Shown here: positions 25,548 to 40,104 of the stretch, piece by piece
Layout of the letters: the number at the start of each line of letters is the position of its first letter
How positions within the stretch are numbered: position 1 is the stretch's first letter
Assembly: GCA_013697045.1 (NCBI GenBank)
Contig: JACCXJ010000080.1
Location: 1-56,475, forward strand
Source: Gammaproteobacteria bacterium
GTDB lineage: Bacteria > Pseudomonadota > Gammaproteobacteria > JACCXJ01
Reading direction: 5' to 3'
DNA: 56,475 nucleotides
Notes under the pieces: model-generated
What the model was told of the DNA's origin: nothing
Databases searched by the model: none
Seen by the model: only the letters and a program-made list of their open reading frames with translations
Program-made: the position numbers and the translations under genes

Positions 25548-25635
25548 TGGCGGAGAGGGAGGGATTCGAACCCCCGGTGGGTCGCCCCACAACGGTTTTC
25601 AAGACCGCCGCTTTCGACCGCTCAGCCACCTCTCC
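25548..25635 (-). tRNA. tRNA-Ser (anticodon UGA)
   Basis: Minus strand GGAGAGGTGGCTGAGCGG...GGTCTTGAAAACCGT (loop CU-UGA-AA), long variable arm TGTGGGGCGACCCACC, T-arm GGGGGTTCGAATCCCTC, encoded CCA. 88 nt. Confidence 0.95.
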
Positions 25636-25919
25636 TCGAGGGCGTCGCCAAAAGACCGCTGGAGCAGGCACAGCGCGCCCGATGTTAGCAGGATGGCGCC
25701 GTACCCCTACCTCTGGCAGACGAAGGGATCCGCGGACCGGCGCCATCGGAGAAGGATAGCCGATGCCGGGGCCGTAACCAAACCGGTGCGCGAACGGTCG
25801 GGCTCAACTTCCCACGACGGGGTGTGCTATGCTTCGAGGAACTTCGGCGGCCGCATGGGCGTCTACAGGATGCGCATGTTGGCGGGCTGGTCCTTGGAAT
25901 ACTGAGTGGAGTAAATATT

Positions 25920-26600
25920 ATGAGCATGAACCCGGTACGTTATCCCATCACGGGTCACGAGGCCGCCGGCCTCGAGACCAACAAACTGATCCGCAACACC
26001 TATACCTTGCTGTCCATGACGCTCCTCTTCAGCGCCTTCACGGCGGGGGTGTCCATGGTCTTCAACCTGCCTCATCCGGGCCTTTTGATCACGCTCGTCG
26101 GCTACTTCGGCCTCCTGTTCCTGACCGCCCGGCTGCGCAACAGCGTGTGGGGGATCGCGGCAGTCTTTGCCTTGACGGGCTTCATGGGCCTGACGCTCGG
26201 GCCTATCATCGACATGTACCTCAGGGTGTTCTCGAACGGCGCCCAGCTAGTGATGATGGCCCTGGGCGGGACCGGCGTGATCTTCCTCGGGCTATCGGGC
26301 TACGCGCTCACCACCCGGAAGGACTTCAGCTTCATGGGCGGCTTCTTGGCGGTGGGCGTCATGGTCGCGTTCCTGGCCGGGCTGGCAGCGGTCTTCTTCA
26401 GCCTGCCGGGGCTCGCGCTCGCCGTGTCCTCGATGTTCGTGCTGCTGATGGCGGGGATGATCCTCTACCAGACGAGCGAGCTGATCCACGGGGGCGAGAC
26501 CAACTACATCATGGCGACCGTCGGCCTCTACGTGTCGATCTACAACCTCTTCACCAGCCTCCTGCACCTCCTGGGCGCCTTCGGCGGCGACGACAGATAG
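25920..26600 (+). CDS. Bax inhibitor-1/YccA family membrane protein
   Basis: MSMNPVRYP...NKLIRNTYTLLSMTLLFSAFTAG...; seven hydrophobic helices; ATG 25920. Confidence 0.85.
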   Translation: MSMNPVRYPITGHEAAGLETNKLIRNTYTLLSMTLLFSAFTAGVSMVFNLPHPGLLITLVGYFGLLFLTARLRNSVWGIAAVFALTGFMGLTLGPIIDMYLRVFSNGAQLVMMALGGTGVIFLGLSGYALTTRKDFSFMGGFLAVGVMVAFLAGLAAVFFSLPGLALAVSSMFVLLMAGMILYQTSELIHGGETNYIMATVGLYVSIYNLFTSLLHLLGAFGGDDR

Positions 26601-26613
26601 GCGGTTTACGATT

Positions 26614-26652
26614 ACGACCCCTCCATGCGCCCGCGGCGCATAGAGGGGTCGT
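26614..26652. terminator. hairpin between convergent BI-1 and serS genes (possible bidirectional terminator)
   Basis: ACGACCCCTCCATGCGC-CCGCG-GCGCATAGAGGGGTCGT: 17-bp stem with one mismatch and no clear U tract. Confidence 0.5.
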
Positions 26653-26690
26653 TCGCTGCGAGGGTGAGCGGCTGTGGGCGGCCGCCGCCA

Positions 26691-29317
<2,627 letters not shown>

Positions 29318-29541
29318 GTGGGCGTAGGCTCGATGCAGCGTGGTGTTGGCGGATGCGGGAGGTCATGGTAGGCCAGGGGTACGGCATGTCAAGGCCGTCG
29401 CCGGGCCGGGCGATTTTTTGTACTGCGGCGGATTTGTTATCCTACTTCCCTTGGAGGTCCCGGCGAGTCGTCTCGGCGAGACCGCAGAAACCTGTTCCCA
29501 ATGATCACGTCATCTGCACACGAGGTTGCTAGGTTGTAGAG

Positions 29542-30522
29542 ATGCGCCACCGAGATCGACGCCAGCCGCGCATAGCGGGTGTTCCCGGGCACGGCGAGAC
29601 CGGCAACCTGGGCGCCGAGCTCCCCAGCGTCGCGATCATGTTCGCCGACATCAGCGGCAGCACGCGGCTTTATGGCGAGCTCGGGGATGTCGCTGCGCGC
29701 GACCGAGTCGCGGAATGCCTCGATGCCATCGCCCACTGCGCGCAGAGGCACGGCGGCCGGGTCGTCAAGACCATCGGTGATGAGGCCGTGTGCATCTTCG
29801 CAAGCGCCGATCTGGCCGTCATGGCCGCCTGGGAGATCCAGGGGAACCACGACGACGAACCGGCCTCGGGGTGCGCGGGGCCGGCGGCGACCTTGTCGGT
29901 GCGCGTGGGGCTGCACTTCGGTCCGGTCATCCTGGAGGCGGATGACCTCTTTGGGCAAAGCGTCAACGTCGCCAAGCGGGCGGTCGATCTCGCCAAGCCG
30001 GAGCAGATCATCATCACCGCCGCGGTCTTCCACGAGCTGTCTCCCCCCTGCCGGTCCAGCACGCGGATCGTCGATAGGGTAGAGATAAACGGGGAGGCCG
30101 AACCCCTGGCGATCTTCGAGGTGGTGTGGCGGGAGGACGACTCGACCGGCGTCGCCGGCTACGTATTGCCCATCGTGCTGGGCGACTCGGGGCCGGACCT
30201 TGCGCTCGTCCTGCGCTGTCAGGGAAGGGAGTTCAAGCTCGAGGGCGGCTGCCGGCCGGTGACCCTGGGGCGTGGTCCGGTGTGTGATCTGGTTGTCGAT
30301 GACCATTTGGCCTCGCGGCGGCACCTTCGCATCGAATGTCGGCGCGGCCGGTATTACCTGGTGGACCATAGCACCAACGGCACCTATGTGCGGAGCGAGG
30401 GCGGTGGCTGCGCCTTCGTGCGGCGCGACGAGACCGTGCTTCAGGGCTGCGGCCAGGTGAGCTTGGGTCGGACCTTCGGCGACCCGGCGAAGAAGCTCGT
30501 CTTCTTTGAGATAGCGTCGTGA
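29542..30522 (+). CDS. class III adenylate/guanylate cyclase domain fused to a C-terminal FHA domain
   Basis: IMFADISGSTRLYG, VVKTIGDEAVCIF, GQSVNVAKRA (cyclase motifs), then VTLGRGPVCDLVVDDHLASRRHLRIECRRGRYYLVDHSTNGTYV (FHA). Confidence 0.8.
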   Translation: MRHRDRRQPRIAGVPGHGETGNLGAELPSVAIMFADISGSTRLYGELGDVAARDRVAECLDAIAHCAQRHGGRVVKTIGDEAVCIFASADLAVMAAWEIQGNHDDEPASGCAGPAATLSVRVGLHFGPVILEADDLFGQSVNVAKRAVDLAKPEQIIITAAVFHELSPPCRSSTRIVDRVEINGEAEPLAIFEVVWREDDSTGVAGYVLPIVLGDSGPDLALVLRCQGREFKLEGGCRPVTLGRGPVCDLVVDDHLASRRHLRIECRRGRYYLVDHSTNGTYVRSEGGGCAFVRRDETVLQGCGQVSLGRTFGDPAKKLVFFEIAS

Positions 30523-30610
30523 CCCCGGATCCCGTGTGGTACCGATGCGCACACGTCAGTTCCGCCTGAGGTTCAGCGTACGCTGTGTGGGTGCCACAGA
30601 CTGACACGGT

Positions 30611-31414
30611 ATGCCCATGAACAATCCGCTCTGCGGCTGGTCCTCGTGTGCCATCACCCACGTCGGGAAGGTGCGCAAGAGCAACGAAGACTCGTTTCTC
30701 GATCGCCCCGACCTCGGGCTCTGGGCGGTGGCCGACGGCATGGGCGGCCACCGTGCCGGCGATGCCGCGAGCCGCATGATCGTCGAGTCGCTCGGGCAGC
30801 TCGAGACGGGTGCGAGCTTCAGCGAGTTCGTGGCGGCGGCGGAGGCGAGTCTGCGCTCGGTCAATGCCGCGCTCTTCGCCAAGGGGGAGGAATACCATGC
30901 GCCCACCGGGAGCACGGTGGTCGCGCTCCTGTCCGACGGGTCGGCGGGCATGTGTCTGTGGGCCGGTGACAGCCGAGCGTATCGATGGCGCGATCGAGGC
31001 CTGGCCCAGCTCACGAGGGATCATTCCCAGATAGAGGCCTACGTGCGTCTCGGCCTCATCGGTCGGGCCGAGGCCAGCCTCCATCCCTTGTCCAATGTCC
31101 TGACGCGGGCAGTGGGCACGCAAGTGGACCTCGGTCTGGAAACTCTCGCTCTGGATCCGATGGCGGGCGATCGCTACCTCCTGTGCTCGGACGGGCTGTA
31201 CCGCCACGTCACCGAACAAGAGATCGGGGAGGTACTGTCGGCCGGTCCGCTGTCGCACGCGGCCGATACGCTGCTCGACTTCACACTGGCGCGGGGTGCG
31301 AACGACAACGTGACCGTCGTGCTGGTGGAGTTTTGTCCCGGCGGCGCGACACAAGACTCCGATCTGACATCCGACGTTACCCTCGCCAACCTGTCTTTCG
31401 CCTCCAGGTCTTAG
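30611..31414 (+). CDS. PP2C-family Ser/Thr protein phosphatase
   Basis: THVGKVRKSNEDSF...WAVADGMGGHRAGDAAS...LLCSDGLY...ARGANDNVTVVLV. Confidence 0.9.
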   Translation: MPMNNPLCGWSSCAITHVGKVRKSNEDSFLDRPDLGLWAVADGMGGHRAGDAASRMIVESLGQLETGASFSEFVAAAEASLRSVNAALFAKGEEYHAPTGSTVVALLSDGSAGMCLWAGDSRAYRWRDRGLAQLTRDHSQIEAYVRLGLIGRAEASLHPLSNVLTRAVGTQVDLGLETLALDPMAGDRYLLCSDGLYRHVTEQEIGEVLSAGPLSHAADTLLDFTLARGANDNVTVVLVEFCPGGATQDSDLTSDVTLANLSFASRS

Positions 31415-31440
31415 GCCGGGGCCGCGGGGCCCACCCCCCC

Positions 31441-32166
31441 ATGGATCACAAGAGCGGGGATCCCGAGAGCGCCAACGTCGACCCCGGCGAGGTGGCCAAG
31501 TTCGAGGCACTGGCGAGCCGCTGGTGGGACCAGGACGGGGATTTCCGTACCCTGCACGACATCAATCCGTTGCGCCTCGGGTTCATTGACGAGCGCGTCG
31601 CGCTCGGGGGCAAGACGGTCATCGACGTGGGTTGTGGCGGCGGGATCCTGTCGGAGGCCATGGCCGATCGAGGGGCCGGCGTGACCGGCATCGATGCCAG
31701 CGCCGGCGCGATCCGCGTCGCCAGGCTCCACCAGGTCCGATCCGGAAGCCGGGTTCGGTATCTCTGCACGGCGCCGGAGGTCATGGCGGCCCAGGAACCC
31801 GGGGGGTTCGATGTGGTGACCTGCATGGAGATCGTGGAACACGTCCCCTACCCCGAGAAGCTGGTCGAGGCCGGTGCGAGGCTGGTCAAACCCGGAGGCC
31901 ATGTGTTTTTCTCGACCATCAATCGCACCCCGGCGGCCTATCTCCTGGCGGTGATCGCGGCCGAGTATGTCTTGCGCCTCCTGCCCCGGGGTACCCACGA
32001 CTATGGGCGTTTCATCCGACCGTCGGAACTGGCAGGCTGGCTACGGAGCTCTGGCCTCAGGCTCCTGGCACTCAAGGGGATGTGGTACAACCCGGGGACG
32101 CGACGGGCGGTGCTGCAGGACGGTGTGTCGGTCAACTATCTCGTACACGCCGCACTGGGCTTGTGA
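31441..32166 (+). CDS. ubiG: bifunctional 3-demethylubiquinol 3-O-methyltransferase/2-polyprenyl-6-hydroxyphenol methylase
   Basis: VDPGEVAKFEALASRWWDQDGDFRTLHDINPLRLGFI...VIDVGCGGGILSEAMA. ATG 31441. Confidence 0.9.
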   Translation: MDHKSGDPESANVDPGEVAKFEALASRWWDQDGDFRTLHDINPLRLGFIDERVALGGKTVIDVGCGGGILSEAMADRGAGVTGIDASAGAIRVARLHQVRSGSRVRYLCTAPEVMAAQEPGGFDVVTCMEIVEHVPYPEKLVEAGARLVKPGGHVFFSTINRTPAAYLLAVIAAEYVLRLLPRGTHDYGRFIRPSELAGWLRSSGLRLLALKGMWYNPGTRRAVLQDGVSVNYLVHAALGL

Positions 32167-32215
32167 AAAAATCTGCTGCGCGACCTCCCTTCGCTCGCGA
32201 CGATTTTTTCATGAG
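32161..32215. repeat. short (55 bp) copy of the GTGAAAAAACC element family
   Basis: TTGTGAAAAAATC ... GATTTTTTCATGA inverted ends flank the reverse complement of the 23-nt module GTCGCGAGCGAAGGGAGGTCGCG. The ubiG stop TGA (32164-32166) is inside the left end. Confidence 0.8.
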
Positions 32216-32224
32216 CTGTCTGCC

Positions 32225-32923
32225 GTGAACGCCCCCCGTGGGGCACGCCGCGCGGTGTTCTTCGACCTCGATGGGACGCTGGCGGACACCGCGCCCGACC
32301 TCGCCTCTGCGCTCAATGCCCTGCGTGCCGAGCAGGGTCTTGCGGCACTGCCGCTGGCGCGCATCCGGCCATGCGTCTCGGGGGGCAGCCCGGCACTCCT
32401 GGGGCTCGGATTCGGCCGCTCCGATCCCGAAGACCCCCAATACCAGGCGCTGCGGGGACGCTTGCTGGATCTCTACGGCAGCCGCATCGCGCGCGACACC
32501 CGGCTGTTCCCGGGCATGGCGGAGGTGCTCGACACCCTCACCGGTGCCGCCGTGCCCTGGGGCGTGGTGACCAACAAACCGGTCCGGCTGACCCACCCCT
32601 TGCTGGCAGCCCTCGGGATCGCGGAGCGTGCGGCCTGCATCGTCTGTGGTGATACCACCGCCTACCGTAAGCCTCACCCCGCGCCGCTCCTGCACGCCGC
32701 GCGGCTGTGTGGGCGTGATCCGGAAAGCTGCCTGTTCGTCGGCGACTCGCGGGACGACATGAGCGCCGGGCGGGCCGCGGGCATGACCACCCTCGTGGCC
32801 CTGTTCGGCTACCTGGCCCCGGGCGACGACCCGAGCGCCTTCGGTGCGGATGGCGCGATCTCCCACCCTGGGGCAGTTCTCTCCTGGGTCAATGGCATCC
32901 CGGATGGAAGTGAGCCCCCTTGA
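32225..32923 (+). CDS. HAD-IA hydrolase (phosphoglycolate phosphatase / MupP-like)
   Basis: AVFFDLDGTLADTAPDL; VVTNKP; FVGDSRDDMSAGRAAGM. GTG 32225. ubiG followed by a HAD gene is a common gammaproteobacterial arrangement. Confidence 0.8.
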   Translation: MNAPRGARRAVFFDLDGTLADTAPDLASALNALRAEQGLAALPLARIRPCVSGGSPALLGLGFGRSDPEDPQYQALRGRLLDLYGSRIARDTRLFPGMAEVLDTLTGAAVPWGVVTNKPVRLTHPLLAALGIAERAACIVCGDTTAYRKPHPAPLLHAARLCGRDPESCLFVGDSRDDMSAGRAAGMTTLVALFGYLAPGDDPSAFGADGAISHPGAVLSWVNGIPDGSEPP

Positions 32924-33755
32924 CTATTGCCGGGAACGGGTGGCGGTCCCGGGCTCCAGCTACTACTACAGCACGCTTTGGCTCGGGCCGGAGGTACAGC
33001 GCGGGCTGCATGCGCTCCTGGCCTTCAAGGACGCCATCGCCGAGGTCCCGAGGACCTGCACCGATCCGGCCGTGGCCGGTATGAAGCTCGCCTTCTGGCG
33101 CGAAGAGCTGGCGCGCATCGTGGCCGGTGAGCCCGCTCGCCACCCGATCGCCGAGCTCATGGCCTGGGTCGCCCGGACCTATGGCTGGGAGCCCCGGAGC
33201 TTGGGCACGACCCTCGTCGCGACCGAAGAGGACGTGGGTCCCGGCGGCTATGCCTGCCATGAGGCGCTGGTACGCCATTTCCAGGCGATGTGCGGCCCGA
33301 TCTGGCGCGGCTGTGCCCGCATCCACGGCTACCGCGATGAGACGACGTCGGAGGCGGTCGCGGACCTCGGTGCCGCCATCGAGCTGGCGGCGCGGGTTCA
33401 GGACCTGCGGGCTGAGACTGCGCGCGGTCGCATCCGTATCCCGTATGACGCCCTGGCACGCCGTGGTGTGCCGGCCGCGGCGCTCCTCGAGCGCGAGTCG
33501 CCGGCGCGCCTTCGGGACCTGGTCGCGGAGTACTGCGAGCATATCGGGGCCGATCTCGCGCATGGCCTGGCCCGCGTCCCGGCCGTGGACCTCCGTGCGC
33601 AGCAGAGTGCCGTCATCCTCGCCGAGATCCTCCTCGCCACCCTCGCCGAGATCAGGCACCGGATCCTCCGCCATCGCATCGCCCTCACCCCCCTCCGCAA
33701 GCTCTGGATCGCCTGGCGTGCCCGCCACCGGTTGATGGTGGGCCGTCGCGGCTAG
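32892..33755 (+). CDS. squalene/phytoene synthase family protein (NDUFAF6-like)
   Basis: LDYCRERVAVPGSSYYYSTLWL...LHALLAFKDAIAEVP...KLAFWREEL. Start 32892 or 32904; overlaps the HAD gene end. Confidence 0.7.
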   Translation: MASRMEVSPLDYCRERVAVPGSSYYYSTLWLGPEVQRGLHALLAFKDAIAEVPRTCTDPAVAGMKLAFWREELARIVAGEPARHPIAELMAWVARTYGWEPRSLGTTLVATEEDVGPGGYACHEALVRHFQAMCGPIWRGCARIHGYRDETTSEAVADLGAAIELAARVQDLRAETARGRIRIPYDALARRGVPAAALLERESPARLRDLVAEYCEHIGADLAHGLARVPAVDLRAQQSAVILAEILLATLAEIRHRILRHRIALTPLRKLWIAWRARHRLMVGRRG

Positions 33756-34195
33756 CCGTGCCCCGCGAGGGGGAAGCGCAGCCGCACGCGTAGCCGCTGG
33801 AAGTTCTCCGGTTCGACGTTGTCGGGGAGCACGAGGAGGGAGCGGCGGCGTCCATCGGCGAGCTTGAAGACCAGCACCGTAAGATAGGGCGATACCACGC
33901 TGTCGTTTGCGAGCGTGGCGGACACGGGCTCCGCATGCCCGGCACGGACCGTCCATGATCCGTCTCCGAGCAGGAGGGCCTCGGTGACGGCGTCCCCACG
34001 GTGCAGGACATGCCAGGCGAGCGACCACAGGAGACTGCCGCACAAGAGCATCGCAGCCGATACCCGGGCCCACGCCGGCCACGGGAGGAGCGCGACGATG
34101 ACCAGCGCGCCGCTATGGGAGAACGCGATCCCCGTCGCCAGGAGGGCAGAGCCTCGGGGCCGTAATCGGATCGGGCCGGTAAAACCTGCTGTCAT
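33752..34195 (-). CDS. YgfX/CptA-like inner-membrane protein
   Basis: IRLRPRGSALLATGIAFSHSGALVIVALLPWP, second TM, then LLLGDGSWTV...LVLPDNVEPENFQRLRVRLR parallels E. coli YgfX. No sdhE upstream. Confidence 0.6.
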   Translation of the reverse strand: MTAGFTGPIRLRPRGSALLATGIAFSHSGALVIVALLPWPAWARVSAAMLLCGSLLWSLAWHVLHRGDAVTEALLLGDGSWTVRAGHAEPVSATLANDSVVSPYLTVLVFKLADGRRRSLLVLPDNVEPENFQRLRVRLRFPLAGHG

Positions 34196-34471
34196 AGGCG
34201 TCCAGTCGGACTCACGGGGCGACGGGCGGATTGTCCCTTATCCTCAATGAGTTACGGCGCGACCCCTGGTGTTGGAATCGAATGCGAATTGCCGTAGAAT
34301 AGCCGTAGCGGGAGGCGCTCCGGGCGACTCCCGCTTTGTCTATACCACGCACGCCGACAAATCGCCCTTTCTTGATCCCCTCCCCCTAGCCCTCTCCCGG
34401 AGAGAGAGGGGATCCAAGGAGGCGATTTATGACCGTGGCCAGTGTATATCTGTCGCGAGGGAGCATACCTT

Positions 34472-35623
34472 TTGACCCACCCGGCTTTGCTGGCTTTGGA
34501 AGACGGTAGTGTCTTTAACGGCGTATCCATCGGCGCGAGAGGCCAGTCCGTCGGCGAGGTGGTGTTCAACACCGCCATTACCGGCTACCAGGAGATCCTG
34601 ACCGACCCTTCTTATTTTCAGCAGATCGTCACGCTCACCTACCCGCACATCGGGAACGTCGGTGCGAACGCGGAGGACGAGGAATCCCCGCGTATTTATG
34701 CCGGCGGTCTCGTCCTCCGCGACGTGCCGAAACGACCGAGTAACTGGCGGTCCGAGGGCGCACTCGGCGATTACCTCGAACGCCAGGGCGTCGTCGCCAT
34801 CGCCGGCATCGATACCCGTCGCCTGGTGCGTATCCTGCGGGAGGGTGGGGCGCAACGGGGCTGCGTGATGGCGGGGGAGGGGGTCGATGCGGGCGAGGCG
34901 CTCCGTGCGGCGCGCGCTTTCGCGGGTCTCGAAGGGGCCGATCTCGCCAAGGAGGTCACCACCCCGCATCCGTATGCCTGGGCAGAGGGCAGCCTGAAGC
35001 TCGAGGGTCCCGAAGGTCGTTCTGCACCGGCGGTTCAAGGCGCGTCTTCGCATCGAGTGATCGCCTACGACTACGGTATCAAGCGCAACATCCTGAGGCT
35101 CCTGGCGGATCGGGGCTGCCGGCTCACGGTCGTCCCGGCCAAGACCCCGGCCTCGGAGGTATTGGGGGCGAAGCCCGATGGCGTCTTCCTCTCGAACGGC
35201 CCGGGCGACCCGGGGGCCTGTGATTATGCCATCGCCGCCATCCGCGAGATCGTGGAGGTGGGCGTGCCGGTGTTCGGGATCTGCCTCGGCCATCAGATCC
35301 TGGGGCTCGCCTGCGGCGGCCGCACCGTCAAGATGAAGTTCGGCCACCACGGCGCCAACCACCCGGTCCTGGACCTCGACAGCCAACGCGTTCTCATTAC
35401 CAGCCAGAACCATGGATTCACGGTGGACGCGGAGGGTCTGCCGCCAAGTCTGCGGGTCACGCACCGATCACTCTTCGACGGGACGATCCAGGGCCTGCAT
35501 CACCGCGACCAACCGGCGTTCAGCTTCCAGGGGCACCCCGAGGCGAGCCCCGGCCCCCACGATGGGCGATCGCTCTTCGATCATTTCACCGAGCTGATGC
35601 TGCGCCACCGGCGTGCCGTCTGA
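34472..35623 (+). CDS. carA: carbamoyl-phosphate synthase small (glutaminase) subunit
   Basis: TTG 34472 (GAGGGAG Shine-Dalgarno 8 nt upstream) gives (M)[16 protein letters not shown], aligning with typical MTKPAILALADGS N-termini. GICLGHQ active-site Cys. Confidence 0.95.
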   Translation: MTHPALLALEDGSVFNGVSIGARGQSVGEVVFNTAITGYQEILTDPSYFQQIVTLTYPHIGNVGANAEDEESPRIYAGGLVLRDVPKRPSNWRSEGALGDYLERQGVVAIAGIDTRRLVRILREGGAQRGCVMAGEGVDAGEALRAARAFAGLEGADLAKEVTTPHPYAWAEGSLKLEGPEGRSAPAVQGASSHRVIAYDYGIKRNILRLLADRGCRLTVVPAKTPASEVLGAKPDGVFLSNGPGDPGACDYAIAAIREIVEVGVPVFGICLGHQILGLACGGRTVKMKFGHHGANHPVLDLDSQRVLITSQNHGFTVDAEGLPPSLRVTHRSLFDGTIQGLHHRDQPAFSFQGHPEASPGPHDGRSLFDHFTELMLRHRRAV

Positions 35624-35640
35624 GCGCCTCGCTCGATTCC

Positions 35641-38853
<3,213 letters not shown>

Positions 38854-39330
38854 ATGAGCAAGACACCCATGACCCAGAGCGGGGCACAGAAGCTCCGAGA
38901 TGAGCTTCAGCGCCTCAAGAACGACGTCCGTCCGCGTATCATCCGGGCGATCGCCGAGGCGCGCGCACACGGTGATCTCAGCGAGAACGCGGAGTATCAC
39001 GCCGCGCGCGAGCAGCAAGGGTTCGTCGAGGCGCGCATCGCCGACATTGAGGGAAAGCTGTCCCACGCCGAGGTCATCGACATTGCCGCCATCAATGCAC
39101 GCGGCAAGGTGGTGTTCGGGGCCACCGTGGAGATCATGAACGTGGGCACGGAAGAGGTGGCCGTCTACCAGATCGTCGGGGAGGACGAGGCCGACATCAA
39201 GAGCGGCCTGGTCTCGATCCGCTCCCCCATCGCCCGCGCCCTGATCACCAAGGAGGCCGGGGAGATCATCGTGGTCGAGGCGCCGGGCGGGCGTCTGGAA
39301 TACGAGATCATCGACGTGCGTTACGTCTGA
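38854..39330 (+). CDS. greA: transcription elongation factor GreA (in frame with, and not separated by a stop from, carB)
   Basis: GAGGAG Shine-Dalgarno 6 nt before ATG 38854. [57 protein letters not shown]...; 158 aa, colinear with E. coli GreA. Confidence 0.9.
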   Translation: MSKTPMTQSGAQKLRDELQRLKNDVRPRIIRAIAEARAHGDLSENAEYHAAREQQGFVEARIADIEGKLSHAEVIDIAAINARGKVVFGATVEIMNVGTEEVAVYQIVGEDEADIKSGLVSIRSPIARALITKEAGEIIVVEAPGGRLEYEIIDVRYV

Positions 39331-39369
39331 GAGGTTGTGAAAAAAACCCTAGGTTTTCTCACAACCTCT
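39330..39369. repeat. minimal (40 bp) palindromic copy of the GTGAAAAAACC element family
   Basis: AGAGGTTGTGAAAAAAACC-CTA-GGTTTTCTCACAACCTCT, starting on the last base of the greA stop codon. Roughly 18-bp stem. Confidence 0.75.
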
Positions 39370-39398
39370 GATGCTGTCGTAGCCCGAGCCGACTTGAC

Positions 39399-40019
39399 AT
39401 GGCGCGCAGTGCCAGCAGCCGCCGGTGGCTCGAAGAGCACCACGGGGACCCCTATGTGGCACGCGCACGCCGTCTGGGGTTCCGGTCACGGGCGGCCTTC
39501 AAGCTCCTTGAAATCGACGCAAGGGACCGCATATTGCTCTCCGGTATGACGGTCATCGATCTGGGCGCCGCGCCCGGCGGTTGGAGCCAGGTGGCCGCCC
39601 AAGCGGTCGGGCCGAGAGGCCGTGTGCTGGCGATCGATCCGATCCCGATCGAGCCTCTGTCTGGCGTGACGGTGATAACAGGAAGCATCTTCGAAGACCG
39701 GGTGGCCGGTGCTCTACGAGAGGTGCTGAGCGGCGCCAAGGCCGATCTCGTGCTCTCGGACATGGCGCCGAATAGGAGCGGTATCCGGGCCGTGGACGCG
39801 GCCCGCGCGCTGGCGATTGCGGAAACCGCGCGTGATTTCGCGACCGACCTCCTTAAACCGGGAGGCGATTTGCTGGTCAAAGTATTCCAGGGTGCCGGTG
39901 TGGATGGCTTGCTCGCCAGCCTGCGTGCCGGATTCCGCCGGGTCTCCATACGCAAGCCGCAGGCGTCACGGGGGCGTTCGGGAGAGGTCTATGTCCTCGG
40001 CCGGGGTTATGGTCTATAG
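39399..40019 (+). CDS. rlmE: 23S rRNA (uridine2552-2'-O)-methyltransferase
   Basis: SSRRWLEEHHGDPYVARARRLGFRSRAAFKLLEID...VIDLGAAPGGWSQV...DLVLSDMAPN. Confidence 0.95.
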   Translation: MARSASSRRWLEEHHGDPYVARARRLGFRSRAAFKLLEIDARDRILLSGMTVIDLGAAPGGWSQVAAQAVGPRGRVLAIDPIPIEPLSGVTVITGSIFEDRVAGALREVLSGAKADLVLSDMAPNRSGIRAVDAARALAIAETARDFATDLLKPGGDLLVKVFQGAGVDGLLASLRAGFRRVSIRKPQASRGRSGEVYVLGRGYGL

Positions 40020-40104
40020 TCTAGACGAACGAGCCCGGTGTCCATGAGGGCGGAACGTGAAGGATTTTCATGCTTAGCACGCTTCGGCGTGTAGGGGTAA
40101 TCAA

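Noticed and set aside
25400-25700. tRNA-Ser as an integration hotspot with an adjacent genomic island.
   Set aside because: No integrase, no direct repeat of the tRNA 3' end and no obvious compositional shift flank the tRNA. The neighbours are an ordinary monooxygenase and a BI-1 family gene.
39337-39365. TGTGA ... TCACA half-sites in the repeat-element ends as CRP-type binding sites.
   Set aside because: The half-sites are separated by about 20 nt or more rather than the 6 nt of the CRP consensus. The resemblance is just a by-product of the inverted repeat.
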